Assembly: GCA_963769935.1 (NCBI GenBank)
Contig: CAVYNY010000016.1
Location: 96,001-160,000, forward strand
DNA from: an uncultured delta proteobacterium
Lineage (GTDB): Bacteria > Desulfobacterota > Desulfobacteria > Desulfobacterales > JAFDCJ01
Direction: 5' to 3'
Length of the DNA stretch: 64,000 nt
In this document: one piece after another, positions 1-11,299 of the stretch
Position numbering within the stretch: the first letter of the stretch is position 1
How the letters are laid out: each line of letters opens with the position of its first letter
Made by a program: the position numbers and the translations under genes
Notes under the pieces: generated by a model
Told to the model about the DNA's origin: nothing
What the model saw: the letters and a program-made list of their open reading frames with translations, nothing else
Database searches by the model: none

Positions 1-433
1 GGCCCAGATCCTGTCCCTGATGCTGCGCCTCAAGGAAGAACTGGAAATGTCACTGCTTTTGATCACCCACGATCTGGGAGTGGTCGCCCAGATGGCAGCC
101 AGGGTGGTCGTCATGTATGCCGGCGAAGTTGTCGAGGAGGCCGGCGTAGCCGATATATTCGACCGGCCATTTCATCCCTACACCCAGGGACTTCTCAAAT
201 CCATGCCCCGGATCGGGGTCCGGATGGGCGGCCGCAAACAGCGCCTGAACGAAATCCCCGGTATCGTACCGGTGCTGACGGAGCTGATTACGGGATGCCG
301 GTTTACCGATCGCTGTCCCCATGCCTTTGAGCTGTGCCGTCAGAGCCATCCGCAGCTGGTGAAAGTTGGGGAAAAACACCAGGCGCGCTGCTGGCTGGCG
401 GCATACCCGGAACGGAGAAAAAGCGATGCCTGA
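1..433 (+). CDS. oppD: Oligopeptide/dipeptide ABC transporter ATP-binding subunit (OppD/DppD-like), 5'-truncated by window edge
   Basis: ITHDLGVV H-loop, VVVMYAG, HPYT motif and C-terminal GCRF..RCP Cys-rich oligopeptide-transport domain. Confidence 0.85.
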   Translation, partial: AQILSLMLRLKEELEMSLLLITHDLGVVAQMAARVVVMYAGEVVEEAGVADIFDRPFHPYTQGLLKSMPRIGVRMGGRKQRLNEIPGIVPVLTELITGCRFTDRCPHAFELCRQSHPQLVKVGEKHQARCWLAAYPERRKSDA

Positions 434-1415
434 AGCACCGTTGCTCAACGTCGTTGATCTGGTCAAACGGTTTCCCCTGGGGGGCGGGATTTTCTCAAAA
501 CCGCGCGCCTGGGTCAAAGCGGTCGAAGGGGTTTCTTTTTCCGTCTCACGGGGTGAAAGCTTCGGCCTGGTAGGTGAGTCGGGTTGCGGCAAAACAACCC
601 TTGGACGCCTGATTCTGAGGCTCATCGAGCCGACCGGCGGCCGGGTCGAGTTTGACGGCCGCGATATTGTTTCCTTGAACCGCTCGGAAATGAGCACCCT
701 GCGCCAGCGAATGCAGATTATTTTCCAGGATCCCTACTCGAGCCTTGATCCACGCATGAAGGTGGTGGATATTGTCACCGAGCCGCTGCGAGCGAGCCGA
801 AAGCTTTCCCCGCATAAACGAAAGGATGTGGCGGCCGAAATGCTGCAAAAAGTCGGTCTGCGCAGGGCGGACCTGGACAAATATCCGCACGAGTTTTCCG
901 GCGGCCAGCGACAGCGCATCGGAATTGCGCGTTCGTTGTGTGTCCGTCCGGAATTGATCGTGGCCGATGAACCGGTAAGTGCCTTAGACGTCTCCATTCA
1001 GGCCCAGGTAATCAACCTGATGGAGGATTTGAAGGCTGAATTCAACCTTTCCTATGTTTTTATCTCCCATGACCTGAGCGTGGTCGAATATATCTGTGAC
1101 CGAATTGCGGTGATGTATCTGGGGGGTATCGTTGAGCTGGCCTCCACCAGAGACTTTAGTGTTTGCCCGCGTCACCCGTACACCGAAGCGCTCCTGAAAT
1201 CGGTTCCCTTGCCGGATCCCAATCGCAGAACCGAACCGTTTGCCATGGAAGGCGATGTCCCTAATCCGATTGATCCGCCCACGGGATGTCCGTTTCATCC
1301 AAGATGTCTGTACAAATTTGATCGGTGTCCCCGCGAGAAACCGCCCCTGATTGAAGCCGCCCCGGCTCATTTCGTAGCCTGCTGGCTGCACGGGGGCACG
1401 GGATTAGGGAATTGA
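426..1415 (+). CDS. oppF: Oligopeptide/dipeptide ABC transporter ATP-binding subunit (OppF/DppF-like)
   Basis: Walker A GESGCGKT, FSGGQRQR signature, DEPVSALD, GCPFHPRC; ATG at 426 overlaps the upstream gene end. Confidence 0.9.
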   Translation: MPEAPLLNVVDLVKRFPLGGGIFSKPRAWVKAVEGVSFSVSRGESFGLVGESGCGKTTLGRLILRLIEPTGGRVEFDGRDIVSLNRSEMSTLRQRMQIIFQDPYSSLDPRMKVVDIVTEPLRASRKLSPHKRKDVAAEMLQKVGLRRADLDKYPHEFSGGQRQRIGIARSLCVRPELIVADEPVSALDVSIQAQVINLMEDLKAEFNLSYVFISHDLSVVEYICDRIAVMYLGGIVELASTRDFSVCPRHPYTEALLKSVPLPDPNRRTEPFAMEGDVPNPIDPPTGCPFHPRCLYKFDRCPREKPPLIEAAPAHFVACWLHGGTGLGN

Positions 1416-1567
1416 AGATTGAATATTTTCCATAGTCGATGAATATTCGATTTAAATCAAAGGCCTCCAATATTGACACCCAAAATCTTAAAGGACCTAA
1501 ATGAACAATTGAAAATACAAACGACAGGATGCCTTCAATATTCAATTGACAATTTTCAATTTTCAAT
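1411..1567. repeat. Heptamer-based inverted repeat element (ATTGAAG/TTCAATA family)
   Basis: Left arm attgaagattgaatatt, right arm ttcaatattcaattgacaattttcaattttcaat; oppF TGA lies within the left arm. Confidence 0.75.
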
Positions 1568-1601
1568 CGAATAGTTCGTCATTTCAAAGAGGAGAAAATC
1601 A

Positions 1602-2519
1602 ATGAAAGTTGCAGTCGTCGGCGCCGGTGCCATGGGCAGCCTCTTTGGTGCCCTGCTGGCTGAAGCCGGCCAGGAAGTCTGGCTCTATGATGTGTGGGTT
1701 GCACACGTCCAGGCCGTCAAACAAAATGGATTACAGATCGAACGGGAAGGCCAAACGCGCACGGTTCGCATCAACGCCACCACGGATCCGGCTGAAATCG
1801 GCCGCGCGGACCTGGTGATCATATTCGTTAAATCGACCCAGACCAAAGCCGCAGCTGAAACCGCGCGCGCGATTGCCGGCTCTGAAGGTACGGTCATGAC
1901 CCTGCAAAACGGGATGGGCAACGCCGATACCATCGCCCGCAGCATCGCGGCGGATCGCATACTGGCAGGCACCACATCCCACGGGGCCACCATGCTGGCT
2001 GCCGGCCGTATCCGGCATGCCGGTATCGGCGCCACCACCATCGGCAGCTGGGCCGACACCGATCAGGGACGGCTGCGCGCTGAGAAGCTCGCCGATTTTT
2101 TCAACAGTGCCGGCATCGAAGCGCAAGCCGTGGCCGACGTACGCAGCGTGGTCTGGAACAAGCTATTGATCAACATCGGCATTAATGCCGTCACGGCGCT
2201 GTGCGGGATCAAAAACGGCCAGTTGCTGGATCTGGCAACCACCCGGGAATTGAGTCGCGGCGCGGTTGAAGAAGCCATGGCCATCGCCCGCGCCCAGCAT
2301 ATCGGGATTAAAGACGACGCCGTGAACATTGTTTTTAAGGTGGCCGAAGCGACCGGCGCCAATCGATCGTCCATGGGACAGGATGTGGACAACAAACGCC
2401 AGACGGAAATTGCGGCCATCAACGGATTCATCGTGCGGGAGGCCCACCGGCTGGGACTGGAAGCACCGATTAATTTTGCGTTGACGGCGCTGATCGAGAC
2501 GCTGCAATCGCATTATTAG
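1602..2519 (+). CDS. panE: 2-dehydropantoate 2-reductase (ketopantoate reductase)
   Basis: GAGAMG Rossmann motif, VKS, LQNG, W.KL..N...N, SSMGQD, TEI..ING; RBS gaggag. Confidence 0.92.
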   Translation: MKVAVVGAGAMGSLFGALLAEAGQEVWLYDVWVAHVQAVKQNGLQIEREGQTRTVRINATTDPAEIGRADLVIIFVKSTQTKAAAETARAIAGSEGTVMTLQNGMGNADTIARSIAADRILAGTTSHGATMLAAGRIRHAGIGATTIGSWADTDQGRLRAEKLADFFNSAGIEAQAVADVRSVVWNKLLINIGINAVTALCGIKNGQLLDLATTRELSRGAVEEAMAIARAQHIGIKDDAVNIVFKVAEATGANRSSMGQDVDNKRQTEIAAINGFIVREAHRLGLEAPINFALTALIETLQSHY

Positions 2520-2589
2520 CGAGGTATAGTCAAAACGGGAAAAAGGCTATCCAATGCAGAGGTGGAGTTATGGAGCAATGAAGTATTGG

Positions 2590-2745
2590 AAATTCCAAAT
2601 AACAAATACCAAATAACAAATAATTTCCAATGTCCAAAATTTCAAATTCCAAACCTTTGTGCAAATTTGAAGAAGCGAGCCGATTTGTTTTGATCATTGA
2701 AATTTCGAATTTATTTGGAATTTGGTGCTTGGAATTTGGGATTTT
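2590..2745. repeat. Heptamer-based inverted repeat element (CAAATAA/TTTGGAA family)
   Basis: caaataacaaataccaaataacaaat ... atttggaatttggtgcttggaatttgggattt. Confidence 0.75.
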
Positions 2746-2792
2746 GTGTAGTGGATAATGTTTTTAACTCGCTAAAGTGAAGGAGAATCAAA

Positions 2793-3644
2793 ATGGGTGA
2801 TAAGAAAACAACAGTCCTCGATGTCCAGCAGGCCAAGAATGAGGGACGCAAACTTACCATGCTGACTGCTTATGATTATCCGCTGGGACTGATGGCCGCG
2901 GAATCCGGCGTCGACATCGTCCTGGTCGGCGACTCACTGGGCATGGTGGTCATGGGCCTGCAGGGAACGGTTGAGGTCACCATGGAGAATATGATCCATC
3001 ACATCAAAGCCGTCGTCCGGGGATGCAAAGGACCTCTGATCGTCGGCGACATGCCGTTTATGAGCTACAACACCTCCATCCGGGAGGCGATTATCAATGC
3101 CGGCCGTCTGATGAAGGAAGGCGGCTGTGATGTCGTCAAGCTGGAAGGCGGGGTTGATTTCGCGCTGACGATTGAAGCAATCGTCAAAGCCGGAATTCCC
3201 GTGCAGGGTCATATCGGTCTGACACCGCAGACCGCTTCCGCGTTGGGCGGCTTTAAAATGCAAGGCAAGGATGCCGCGGCTGCCAAACAGATCATCGATG
3301 ATGCCAAGGCCCTGGAAGATGCCGGCGTATTCTCGATGATCCTGGAAGCCGTGCCGGCTCCGCTCGGCAAGCTGGTCTCCGAAGCGGTCAAGGTTCCGGT
3401 CATCGGCATCGGGGCCGGACCGGATGTAGACGGCCAGGTGCTGGTGTTTCATGACGTCGTGGGCCTATTTGACCGGTTTGTGCCGAAGTTTGTCAAACAG
3501 TACACCAATGTCAGAAAGATAATCGTAGCGGCGTTAAAGGAATATAACCAGGACGTTCTTGAAGGACAATTCCCGGGACCGGAACATTCCTTTAAAATGC
3601 CGGATGAAGCCCTGGAAAAGCTGAAAAAGATGATCGAAGGATAA
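2793..3644 (+). CDS. panB: 3-methyl-2-oxobutanoate hydroxymethyltransferase
   Basis: LTAYDY, LVGDSLG, DMPFMSY, VKLEGG, GHIGLTPQ, IGIGAG, DGQVLV motifs; RBS aaggag. Confidence 0.96.
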   Translation: MGDKKTTVLDVQQAKNEGRKLTMLTAYDYPLGLMAAESGVDIVLVGDSLGMVVMGLQGTVEVTMENMIHHIKAVVRGCKGPLIVGDMPFMSYNTSIREAIINAGRLMKEGGCDVVKLEGGVDFALTIEAIVKAGIPVQGHIGLTPQTASALGGFKMQGKDAAAAKQIIDDAKALEDAGVFSMILEAVPAPLGKLVSEAVKVPVIGIGAGPDVDGQVLVFHDVVGLFDRFVPKFVKQYTNVRKIIVAALKEYNQDVLEGQFPGPEHSFKMPDEALEKLKKMIEG

Positions 3645-3908
3645 AGAAGTGGAGTGGTACGGCCAGGTTCCTTTTGATCTTGACTCGCAGCCCATCACCG
3701 TGTTATGCCTCCAGCGTCGATGAAGTCAAAGCCAGGGCCGAATTAGAGAACAGATGCAAAAGCTCAAGGCTATTCGGTTTCAGATGCCAAGACCCTAAGT
3801 CCTCCCCGCTGGACCCACCCGCGGGGAGCCAGCCGCCGGATGCCCATCCAATCAGGAAAATAGTCGTCCCTGGGCCGCTCAATGTAAGGATTGCTGTAAA
3901 GGGATTCA

Positions 3909-4775
3909 ATGTCGTTCCTCGTCATTATGTCATTGCTCAATGGTCTGACACTGGCCGCACTGCTGTTCATCACGGCCAGCGGACTGACACTGTCTTTTAG
4001 CCTGATGCGGGTTGTCAACCTGAGCCACGGTGCGCTTTATATGGCGGGCGGCTTCATCGGCTTGTCCGTGATCAGCCTCACCGGAAGCTGGCTCCTGGCC
4101 TTGTTTGCGGGCGGCAGTGTCATGGCTGTCGTGGCTCTGCTGGAAGAAAAACACCTACTGCGATGGGCCCGCGGCAATGACCTGATAGAAACCCTGATCT
4201 CGCTGTCGGTGGCCATCATCATCGGTGACCTGGTTCTGGTCATCTGGGGGGGGTACCCCAAAACCATTGAAATCCCCGCGATGCTGAGCGGCATCTGGAC
4301 CATACCGGTGATCGATATGGTTTATCCCATATTTCGGATTTTTATGCTGGGATTGGCCATTGTAATCATCGTTGCCCTGTGGTTTTTCCTTAAAAAAACC
4401 AACCTTGGGATCACCATCCGGGCCGGTGTCGATAATTTCGAAATGGTGTCCGCTTTAGGAATCAATGTCCGCCGGCTGTTTACGATCGTTTTTTGTCTTT
4501 CCGGATTTTTGGCCGGTGTTGCCGGCGTCGTGGGCGGAACGTTCATGATGCTCGTGGTGGGTGAAGACTGGCGCATTCTGACTTTAACACTGATTGTGAT
4601 CATTATCGGCGGTATGGGCAGTTTGGGGGGCACCATCGTGGGTGCGCTGATAACCGGTCTGATCTACAGTTTTGCAACGGCCTATATTCCTGAATTTTCG
4701 TTGTTCATCCTGTTTTTGCCCGTGGCCATGATCCTCTCCATCAGGCCCCATGGGCTGTTTGGTAAAAAGGTCTGA
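3909..4775 (+). CDS. Branched-chain amino acid-type ABC transporter permease (LivH-like)
   Basis: Hydrophobic; GLTL.F..MRVVNLSHG, G.TIRA, IIGGMGS, RPHGLFG. Confidence 0.9.
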   Translation: MSFLVIMSLLNGLTLAALLFITASGLTLSFSLMRVVNLSHGALYMAGGFIGLSVISLTGSWLLALFAGGSVMAVVALLEEKHLLRWARGNDLIETLISLSVAIIIGDLVLVIWGGYPKTIEIPAMLSGIWTIPVIDMVYPIFRIFMLGLAIVIIVALWFFLKKTNLGITIRAGVDNFEMVSALGINVRRLFTIVFCLSGFLAGVAGVVGGTFMMLVVGEDWRILTLTLIVIIIGGMGSLGGTIVGALITGLIYSFATAYIPEFSLFILFLPVAMILSIRPHGLFGKKV

Positions 4776-4779
4776 TCCG

Positions 4780-5793
4780 ATGAAATCCTCCCGGGTGCCT
4801 AAAACAGTCGTACTGCTGTCGTCCCTGGCAATATTGGTCGCTGTGCCATGGATCGCTTCGGACTATTTTGTCATGATGTGTATCCGCGTCATGTATTTCG
4901 GAATGCTGACCCTGAGCCTGTGCTTTCTGGCAGGCGAACTGGGTGTCGTTTCGTTGATGCAGGCTTCGTTTTTCGGTATATCGGGGTACTTCATCGCCAT
5001 TTTGCAGACCCGCTATCAGATCGCATTTCCAATTCCCCCCTTGGTGGGCATCGGGGTGGCGGTCTTGTTTGCCGCTGTGACAGGGCTTCTGGTGATTCGC
5101 GTTCGGGGCATATACTTTTTGATGCTCACCCTTGTGCTCGGCCAACTCGTCTGGGCGCTGGCGAGTCAATGGGCATCGGTCACCCGAGGCGACTCGGGCA
5201 TTACCGACATATTCGCTCCGATGATATTCGGGATCTCAACCGAAAAGTCAAAAGGGGCATTCTATTTCTTTGAGCTGTTTTTCTTTTGCGGAGTGATTTG
5301 CTTTCTGGCGGCATTGAAACGTTCCCCCTTCGGGTTGATGCTGCGCGGCATTCGCGAAAGTGAGAGCCGGATGGTGATGCTGGGTTACCCGGTAGCGCTT
5401 CTGCGCTACATGGCGTTTATCTTTGCCGCGTTCGTGGCCGCCATGGGGGGTGTTTTCTTTGCCTACTTTACCGGCCTGATCAATCCCCACTCGTTCTCAT
5501 TAACCACCAACGTCGAAACCCTGCTTTCGGCAATTTTGGGCGGCATTCAGACCTTGTTCGGGGCGATCCTGGGAACCGCGATTCTCAAAATTTTGGATCT
5601 GGTTTTGAGCGGTATTACCCGGCGCTATTTGCTGATTATGGGGATCTTGTTTCTGATTACGATTATGTTCGCGCCCAAGGGGGCTGCCGGGGCGTTAAAG
5701 CGCCTCTGGGATAGTGTTGCATCACGAGTTTTGGGAAGCGCGGCGCCCGGCAAGGGTGCCGCCGACGATTCGTTTCTGGAAGACACAAAATAG
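4780..5793 (+). CDS. Branched-chain amino acid-type ABC transporter permease (LivM-like)
   Basis: RGIYFLMLTL, SPFG..LRGIRESE.R...LGY, ILGG, P.G motifs; ATG at 4780. Confidence 0.9.
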   Translation: MKSSRVPKTVVLLSSLAILVAVPWIASDYFVMMCIRVMYFGMLTLSLCFLAGELGVVSLMQASFFGISGYFIAILQTRYQIAFPIPPLVGIGVAVLFAAVTGLLVIRVRGIYFLMLTLVLGQLVWALASQWASVTRGDSGITDIFAPMIFGISTEKSKGAFYFFELFFFCGVICFLAALKRSPFGLMLRGIRESESRMVMLGYPVALLRYMAFIFAAFVAAMGGVFFAYFTGLINPHSFSLTTNVETLLSAILGGIQTLFGAILGTAILKILDLVLSGITRRYLLIMGILFLITIMFAPKGAAGALKRLWDSVASRVLGSAAPGKGAADDSFLEDTK

Positions 5794-5808
5794 GAAAGGA
5801 GAGAGAAG

Positions 5809-7153
5809 ATGAAAAGAAAAAATTGGATAATTGCAATCACGGTCGTTTTCTTTTTTAGCTGTGGCCTTAGCGGGCAATGCGACGGCACTGGATGAAATCC
5901 GCATCGGCACCATCGGCCCGCTCACCGGTTGGGCGACCATTTTCGGCGAAGGCGTTCTCAACGGCGCCAAATTGGCCCTTGAGGAACACAACAATGAATT
6001 CAACGGCATCCCGATCAAGGTTTTTAGCGAGGACACCAAGGCCGATGTTGAAGTGATGCGGGCCAAGCTGGATTCTCTCAAAAACCGCGACAAAGTCCAT
6101 TTGATCATCGGGCCTTCGCTGGGGCACGAAGGTATGGCGGCGGTGGATTGGGGCGCGCGCAATCCCGAGGTTCCCATGCTGATCGGCTATTCGGCCCCGG
6201 AAGACATTACCATGCGCAAGGCAACCTTCAGTGTCATCCGCCCCGGCTGGACCGGCGCCCAGGTGATTTTCAATTTCGGCCAGTACTGCGCCAAAGACCT
6301 GGGTTATAAAAAGGTCATCATCGTCGGGCAGGATTACTCTTACCCCTGGGACCAGGCCGCCGGTTTCATCAGAGGATTTTTGGAAAACGGCGGGGAAAAA
6401 GTCGAACGTATCTGGCATCCGGTGGAAGCCGTTGATTTCAGTTCGATCATGGCAAAGCTGATGGGCATGTCCAAGGAGTACGATGCGGTCTTGAACAACT
6501 CCGGCGGTGCCCAGGTAGTTGCCTTTTTCAAACAGTGGAAACAGTTCGGACTGGATAAAATGTATCCCCAGATTCTGGGGCAGGCCAACGTCCCGATCGT
6601 GTCGATGCTCTCCGAACTCGGGGATTCGGCTTTGGGAGTTTACTCTTCACTGCACTATTACGACGGCAATCCTTCAGCGGCCAACCAGAAATTCCGCGCA
6701 AACTTCAAAAAGAAATACGGCCACTACCCGGACGTAATCGCTGTCCAGGGTTACGATGCCGTCCATGTCGCCTTTAAAGCCATGCAGGCCATTGACGGGC
6801 AGGTGGATGATCCCAAGAAATTCATCACCGCCCTGCGCCAGGTGAAGATGAGTGCCGACGAATCTCCGCGCGGTCCGTTTTATTTCGATAAATACGCCAA
6901 CCCGGTGCAGAATATCTACATCAAGAAGGTGGTCAAAAAAGACGGCCAGCTGATGAACGAGGCCGTCAAGACCTATAAGAATGTTTCCCAGTTCGGCCCC
7001 TATGCTGATATTGCCGACAAGTATATGGCGGCTCCCGCCACCACCCGCGACTACCCGCCCGGAGACAAGGCCTCCTATTTCAAGGAGATCGAAAAATACT
7101 TCGGCAAGGACTATGTCGAAAAGCTGGAGAAGAACCACGGCTGGGTGGATTAA
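5809..7153 (+). CDS. ABC transporter periplasmic substrate-binding protein (LivK/Leu-Ile-Val-binding fold); +1 frameshift in a T6 run at 5851-5856
   Basis: RBS ggaaagga then ATG at 5809; removing one T gives signal peptide MKRKNWIIAITVVFFLAVALAGNATA in frame with IRIGTIGPLTG...EDT...QGYDA...SPRGPF. Confidence 0.85.
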
Positions 7154-7241
7154 CCCTAATGCTGCCGAAACAACTTGGCAAAGTGTTTATATCTGTAGTT
7201 CTTTAGGGGCTTATTTCTCATAGCATGTTGTCAGAAAATGA

Positions 7242-7302
7242 GTTTCAGGTGTCAGTGTTCAGGTTTCAGGATCTGGCCATTCGCTTTGCTGACACCTGAA
7301 AC
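7242..7302. repeat. Miniature element with 14-bp perfect terminal inverted repeats GTTTCAGGTGTCAG
   Basis: gtttcaggtgtcag (7242-7255) and ctgacacctgaaac (7289-7302); closely related ends recur at 20585-20810 and 58525-58970. Confidence 0.75.
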
Positions 7303-7476
7303 CTAGACTTTGTGTCACGATATAACCAGCGCTCTTGCTCGCCCGAAGGGGCCACTTTTCCCGACTAAGTCTCGGGAATGGCGTAGGTTCAATCAAGTGA
7401 AGTTGGCTGGCAAAAATTCAGGTACTCGCATTTTATCGTATTTCCGAAACGTTGAGCTTTCAGAGGCTTCGATCAC

Positions 7477-8253
7477 ATGCATGCGCTGGTTTTAAAGAAC
7501 GTATCCAAATCCTTCGGCGGCATCGTTGCTGTCAGTAAGGTCGACCTCACCGTCACAATGGGGGAGAGCCGTGCGTTGATCGGGCCCAATGGGGCCGGCA
7601 AGTCGACCCTTTTTAATTTGGTCACAGGGGAAATCCCACTGGACGAGGGGCGGATCCTGCTGTTCGGCAAAGACCTTACCCGCGAACCCGTGCAGAAACG
7701 CATTGCCTCGCACCTGGGCAGGACCTATCAGATTTCCAACCTGTTCTCCCAGTTGACGGTCCAGGAGAACCTGTTTTTGGCTTCCTGGCAGACACGGTCA
7801 AGAAAAGCCTCTTTAGTCGCCGCGCTGTTTCGTTCCTGGCGCAAATTTGAGAATCAGCGCCGCCACGTCGCCGAGATTGCGCATCGGGTCGGACTGCAGG
7901 ACAAGCTCGACACAAAGGTCGATGAGCTCTCGCACGGAGAACACCGCCAGCTGGAGTTGGGTCTTACACTGGCCCATGAGCCCAGGATACTGCTGTTGGA
8001 CGAACCCATGGCGGGGCTTTCCGCAGCCGAGCGGGGATTTATGACCGAGCTGATCATGAGCCTGAAGTCAGAGATTACCGTTGTGATCATCGAGCACGAC
8101 ATCCATGTGGCCTTCAGCATTGCCGACCAGGTATCCGTGCTGCACCATGGCGCCATCATTGCAGAAGGAAGTCCGAAGCAGATCGAGAACAATCGAGAGG
8201 TTCAGCAGATCTATACCTTAAGCCGGCATTCAAAAGATTCCCATCATGTCTGA
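7477..8253 (+). CDS. Branched-chain-type ABC transporter ATP-binding protein (LivG-like)
   Basis: [31 protein letters not shown]. Confidence 0.9.
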   Translation: MHALVLKNVSKSFGGIVAVSKVDLTVTMGESRALIGPNGAGKSTLFNLVTGEIPLDEGRILLFGKDLTREPVQKRIASHLGRTYQISNLFSQLTVQENLFLASWQTRSRKASLVAALFRSWRKFENQRRHVAEIAHRVGLQDKLDTKVDELSHGEHRQLELGLTLAHEPRILLLDEPMAGLSAAERGFMTELIMSLKSEITVVIIEHDIHVAFSIADQVSVLHHGAIIAEGSPKQIENNREVQQIYTLSRHSKDSHHV

Positions 8254-10381
8254 ACCCCTGTTGAACATAGAACACCTGGATGCCTACTACGGCAAAAGTC
8301 ACATCCTGCAGGGAGTAAATCTGCAAGTACACCCGGGAGAACTGATCGTGGTCGTCGGCCGCAACGGCATGGGCAAAACAACGTTGCTGAAATCGGTTAT
8401 GGGGCTGCCGCCCGTGTCAAGAACCGGAACGATCCTTTTCGATGGCCAGGAAACCATCGACCGGCCCACCCATGAGATTGCGAACTTGGGGATTGGTTAT
8501 GTACCGCAAGGGCGGATGCTGTTTCCGTCTTTGACCGTTGATGAACACTTGCGTTTTGCCTGGCGCCGGAGGGTGGACAATTCCCAGTGGTCGCCCGAAA
8601 CGGTCTACGATCTGTTCCCGGAATTGAAAAACAGAGCCGATATCTCCGGTACCCTGCTGAGCGGCGGCGAACAGCAGATGCTGGCTATCGGACGGGCACT
8701 GGTCACCAATCCGCTGCTGTTAATGATGGACGAACCTTCCGAAGGTTTGTCCGTATCGGTCATCCAGCGGGTGGAAGAGGTTTGCCGCCATCTGAGTTCC
8801 CAGGGTATGGCGATCCTGCTGATCGAGCAGAACCTGGATATGGCCCAGTCTTTGGCCCAGCGCGCCTATATTTTCGTAAACGGCCGCATCGCCCGGGACC
8901 TGTCGTCCGCTGCGCTTGCGGCGGATCGGCACCTGCTGCAACAATTGCTGAAAGTGACGGCAGGAACCGGCGACCTCGCATCGGAGCAACCCGCGGAACC
9001 GGAGGCGGTTGAGGAACCGGCGACCGAAGTTATTCCCGAAGCTGTCGTCGGGGCCACTGCACCGACGCTGTGGAGCAGCGCCGACCTTTCGGAGGCCCGG
9101 GCGCTGGAAAGCACGACACTTACCCCCCCGGTGAGTGAAACCCGTCCGGCCGCATTGCAGGTGTCAGTGGCCGACACCATCGACCGGGCCGCCTACATCG
9201 CCGGGACCTTCGACACCAAGGCCCGGGACCTGCTGTTTATTAAGTACTGCCTGGACCGCCGGCGCCTGCGAACCATTACGGTGGATCTTTCCACTTCGCG
9301 CAAACCTTCCCCGGCTGCCATCAGTCCCACCGAGGTGGCCCGACACCATCCGCAAGGAATCGGGGCCGTGTTTACCGGCGACCGCGGTTCGGCAGTGGCC
9401 GGCATGGCCGAGGCCTTCACCCGCTTTATGGCCGGGCGCCGGGACGTGGGCGGCATCATCTCGGCCGGGGGCAGCGGCGGTACCGCCCTGGTGACCCCGG
9501 CGATGCGAAGTCTGCCGGTGGGCGTACCCAAAGTGATGGTTTCCACGGTCGCTTCCGGCAATGTCCGGCAATACGTGGGCCCTTCAGACATCTGCATGAT
9601 GTATTCGGTCACCGACGTGGCCGGCATCAACCGCATCTCGGCCAGCGTGTTGTCCAACGCCGCCCACGCTCTGGCAGGCATGATCGGGTTTCGACAGGAG
9701 GCGGACCGCTCCCGGCTGCCGGCTATCGGACTGACCATGTTCGGGGTCACCACCCCTTGCGTCCAGGCGATCACCAAGGCGCTGCAAATGCGCTACGACT
9801 GCCTGGTGTTCCATGCCACCGGCACCGGGGGCCAATCCATGGAGAAACTGGTTGAATCGGGTATGCTCGAAGGCGTCATCGACGTTACCACCACCGAAGT
9901 GGCCGATTTTCTGGTAGGCGGCGTCATGAGCGCCGGTGAGGACCGCATGGGGGCCATCATCCGGAGTCAAATTCCCTATGTCGGCTCCTGCGGGGCGCTG
10001 GACATGGTCAATTTCGAAGCCCTCGACTCGGTGCCGCAGAAATTCAAAGACCGCAACCTCTATCAACACAATCCCCAGGTGACCTTGATGCGCACCACCG
10101 CGGCGGAAAATCAGGCCATTGGGCGCTTTATCGCCGCCAAGCTCAACCAGATGGAGGGGCCCGTGCGTTTTTTGCTGCCCCTAAAAGGAGTTTCGCTGAT
10201 CGATGCCCCCGGCAAACCGTTTCACGACCCGGCGGCCGACCGAATGTTGTTCGACACCCTGGAAAGCGAATTTCGGCCGGGTCCCAATCGCCGGCTGATC
10301 AAACTCGCCCTGAACATCAATGATCCGGCCTTCGCCAAGGCCCTGGTCGATCACTTTTTGGACATTATACTAATGCAGTAA
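8246..10381 (+). CDS. Fusion: LivF-like ABC ATPase + Pro/Glu-rich linker + Tm-1-like ATP-binding (UPF0261) domain
   Basis: N-term [29 protein letters not shown]-term [53 protein letters not shown]. Confidence 0.88.
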   Translation: MSEPLLNIEHLDAYYGKSHILQGVNLQVHPGELIVVVGRNGMGKTTLLKSVMGLPPVSRTGTILFDGQETIDRPTHEIANLGIGYVPQGRMLFPSLTVDEHLRFAWRRRVDNSQWSPETVYDLFPELKNRADISGTLLSGGEQQMLAIGRALVTNPLLLMMDEPSEGLSVSVIQRVEEVCRHLSSQGMAILLIEQNLDMAQSLAQRAYIFVNGRIARDLSSAALAADRHLLQQLLKVTAGTGDLASEQPAEPEAVEEPATEVIPEAVVGATAPTLWSSADLSEARALESTTLTPPVSETRPAALQVSVADTIDRAAYIAGTFDTKARDLLFIKYCLDRRRLRTITVDLSTSRKPSPAAISPTEVARHHPQGIGAVFTGDRGSAVAGMAEAFTRFMAGRRDVGGIISAGGSGGTALVTPAMRSLPVGVPKVMVSTVASGNVRQYVGPSDICMMYSVTDVAGINRISASVLSNAAHALAGMIGFRQEADRSRLPAIGLTMFGVTTPCVQAITKALQMRYDCLVFHATGTGGQSMEKLVESGMLEGVIDVTTTEVADFLVGGVMSAGEDRMGAIIRSQIPYVGSCGALDMVNFEALDSVPQKFKDRNLYQHNPQVTLMRTTAAENQAIGRFIAAKLNQMEGPVRFLLPLKGVSLIDAPGKPFHDPAADRMLFDTLESEFRPGPNRRLIKLALNINDPAFAKALVDHFLDIILMQ

Positions 10382-10440
10382 TAGTTATGAACTTCTCATT
10401 AACATCCGGTTTTGCCGGACATAATATTTAGGAGATTGAC

Positions 10441-11274
10441 ATGGCGCGTTTCACCCGACAACAAATTTTAGATCGACTCAACGCGAAAATTCGCAGCGGA
10501 CAGCCCATCGTCGGCGGCGGTGCCGGCACCGGACTGTCGGCCAAATGTGAGGAGGCCGGCGGCATCGACCTGATCGTTATCTACAATTCAGGCCGCTACC
10601 GCATGGCCGGCCGGGGATCGCTTGCCGGGCTTATGCCTTACGGCAACGCCAACGACATCGTGATGGAGATGGCCCGTGAAGTGCTGCCGGTCACCCGCAA
10701 CACCCCTGTGCTGGCCGGCGTCAACGGCACCGACCCCTTTTGCATCTTCGACCACTTTCTCGACCAACTCAAGGCCGTGGGGTTTGCCGGGGTGCAGAAT
10801 TTCCCTACGGTGGGACTCATCGACGGCACTTTCCGGCAGAACCTGGAGGAAACCGGGATGGGCTTCGGGCTGGAGGTGGACATGATCCGGTTGGCACACG
10901 CCAAAGACATGTTGACGACGCCCTATGTGTTCTCCGAAGACGATGCCATTGCCATGACCGAGGCCGGAGCCGATGTCATCGTCTGCCATATGGGGCTGAC
11001 CACCGGCGGCAACATCGGGGCCGACACGGCCAAGACTCTGGACGATTGTGCCGATTATATCAACGCCTGGAGCACAGCAGCGCTGAAAAAGCGCCGGGAC
11101 GTGATCATCCTGTGCCATGGAGGTCCGATCTCCATGCCCGCGGATGCCGAATACGTCCTGAAGCGCTGTCCGGAATGCAACGGATTTTACGGGGCCTCCT
11201 CGATGGAGCGGCTGCCTACCGAGAAGGCCCTCACGGCCCAAACCAAAGAATTTCTCAACATCAAGCGCAGCTAA
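10441..11274 (+). CDS. Phosphoenolpyruvate-hydrolase-like TIM-barrel protein (Tm-1 C-terminal-like / TIM-barrel signal-transduction family)
   Basis: [59 protein letters not shown]. Confidence 0.9.
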   Translation: MARFTRQQILDRLNAKIRSGQPIVGGGAGTGLSAKCEEAGGIDLIVIYNSGRYRMAGRGSLAGLMPYGNANDIVMEMAREVLPVTRNTPVLAGVNGTDPFCIFDHFLDQLKAVGFAGVQNFPTVGLIDGTFRQNLEETGMGFGLEVDMIRLAHAKDMLTTPYVFSEDDAIAMTEAGADVIVCHMGLTTGGNIGADTAKTLDDCADYINAWSTAALKKRRDVIILCHGGPISMPADAEYVLKRCPECNGFYGASSMERLPTEKALTAQTKEFLNIKRS

Positions 11275-11299
11275 CGGCAGCCCAAAAAACAGGTTTTAA

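Noticed and set aside
3674..3905. Riboswitch or small ORF upstream of the ABC permease
   Set aside because: Only one 8-bp hairpin (ctccccgc/gcggggag) and no recognisable aptamer; the ORFs lack coding features
10441..11274. TIM barrel acting as the missing pyruvate domain of the truncated dikinase
   Set aside because: Different family, about 12 kb away on the opposite strand, and its linked partner is UPF0261
8246..11274. Anti-phage role by analogy to tomato Tm-1
   Set aside because: Context is a solute importer and metabolic enzymes, with no defence genes nearby
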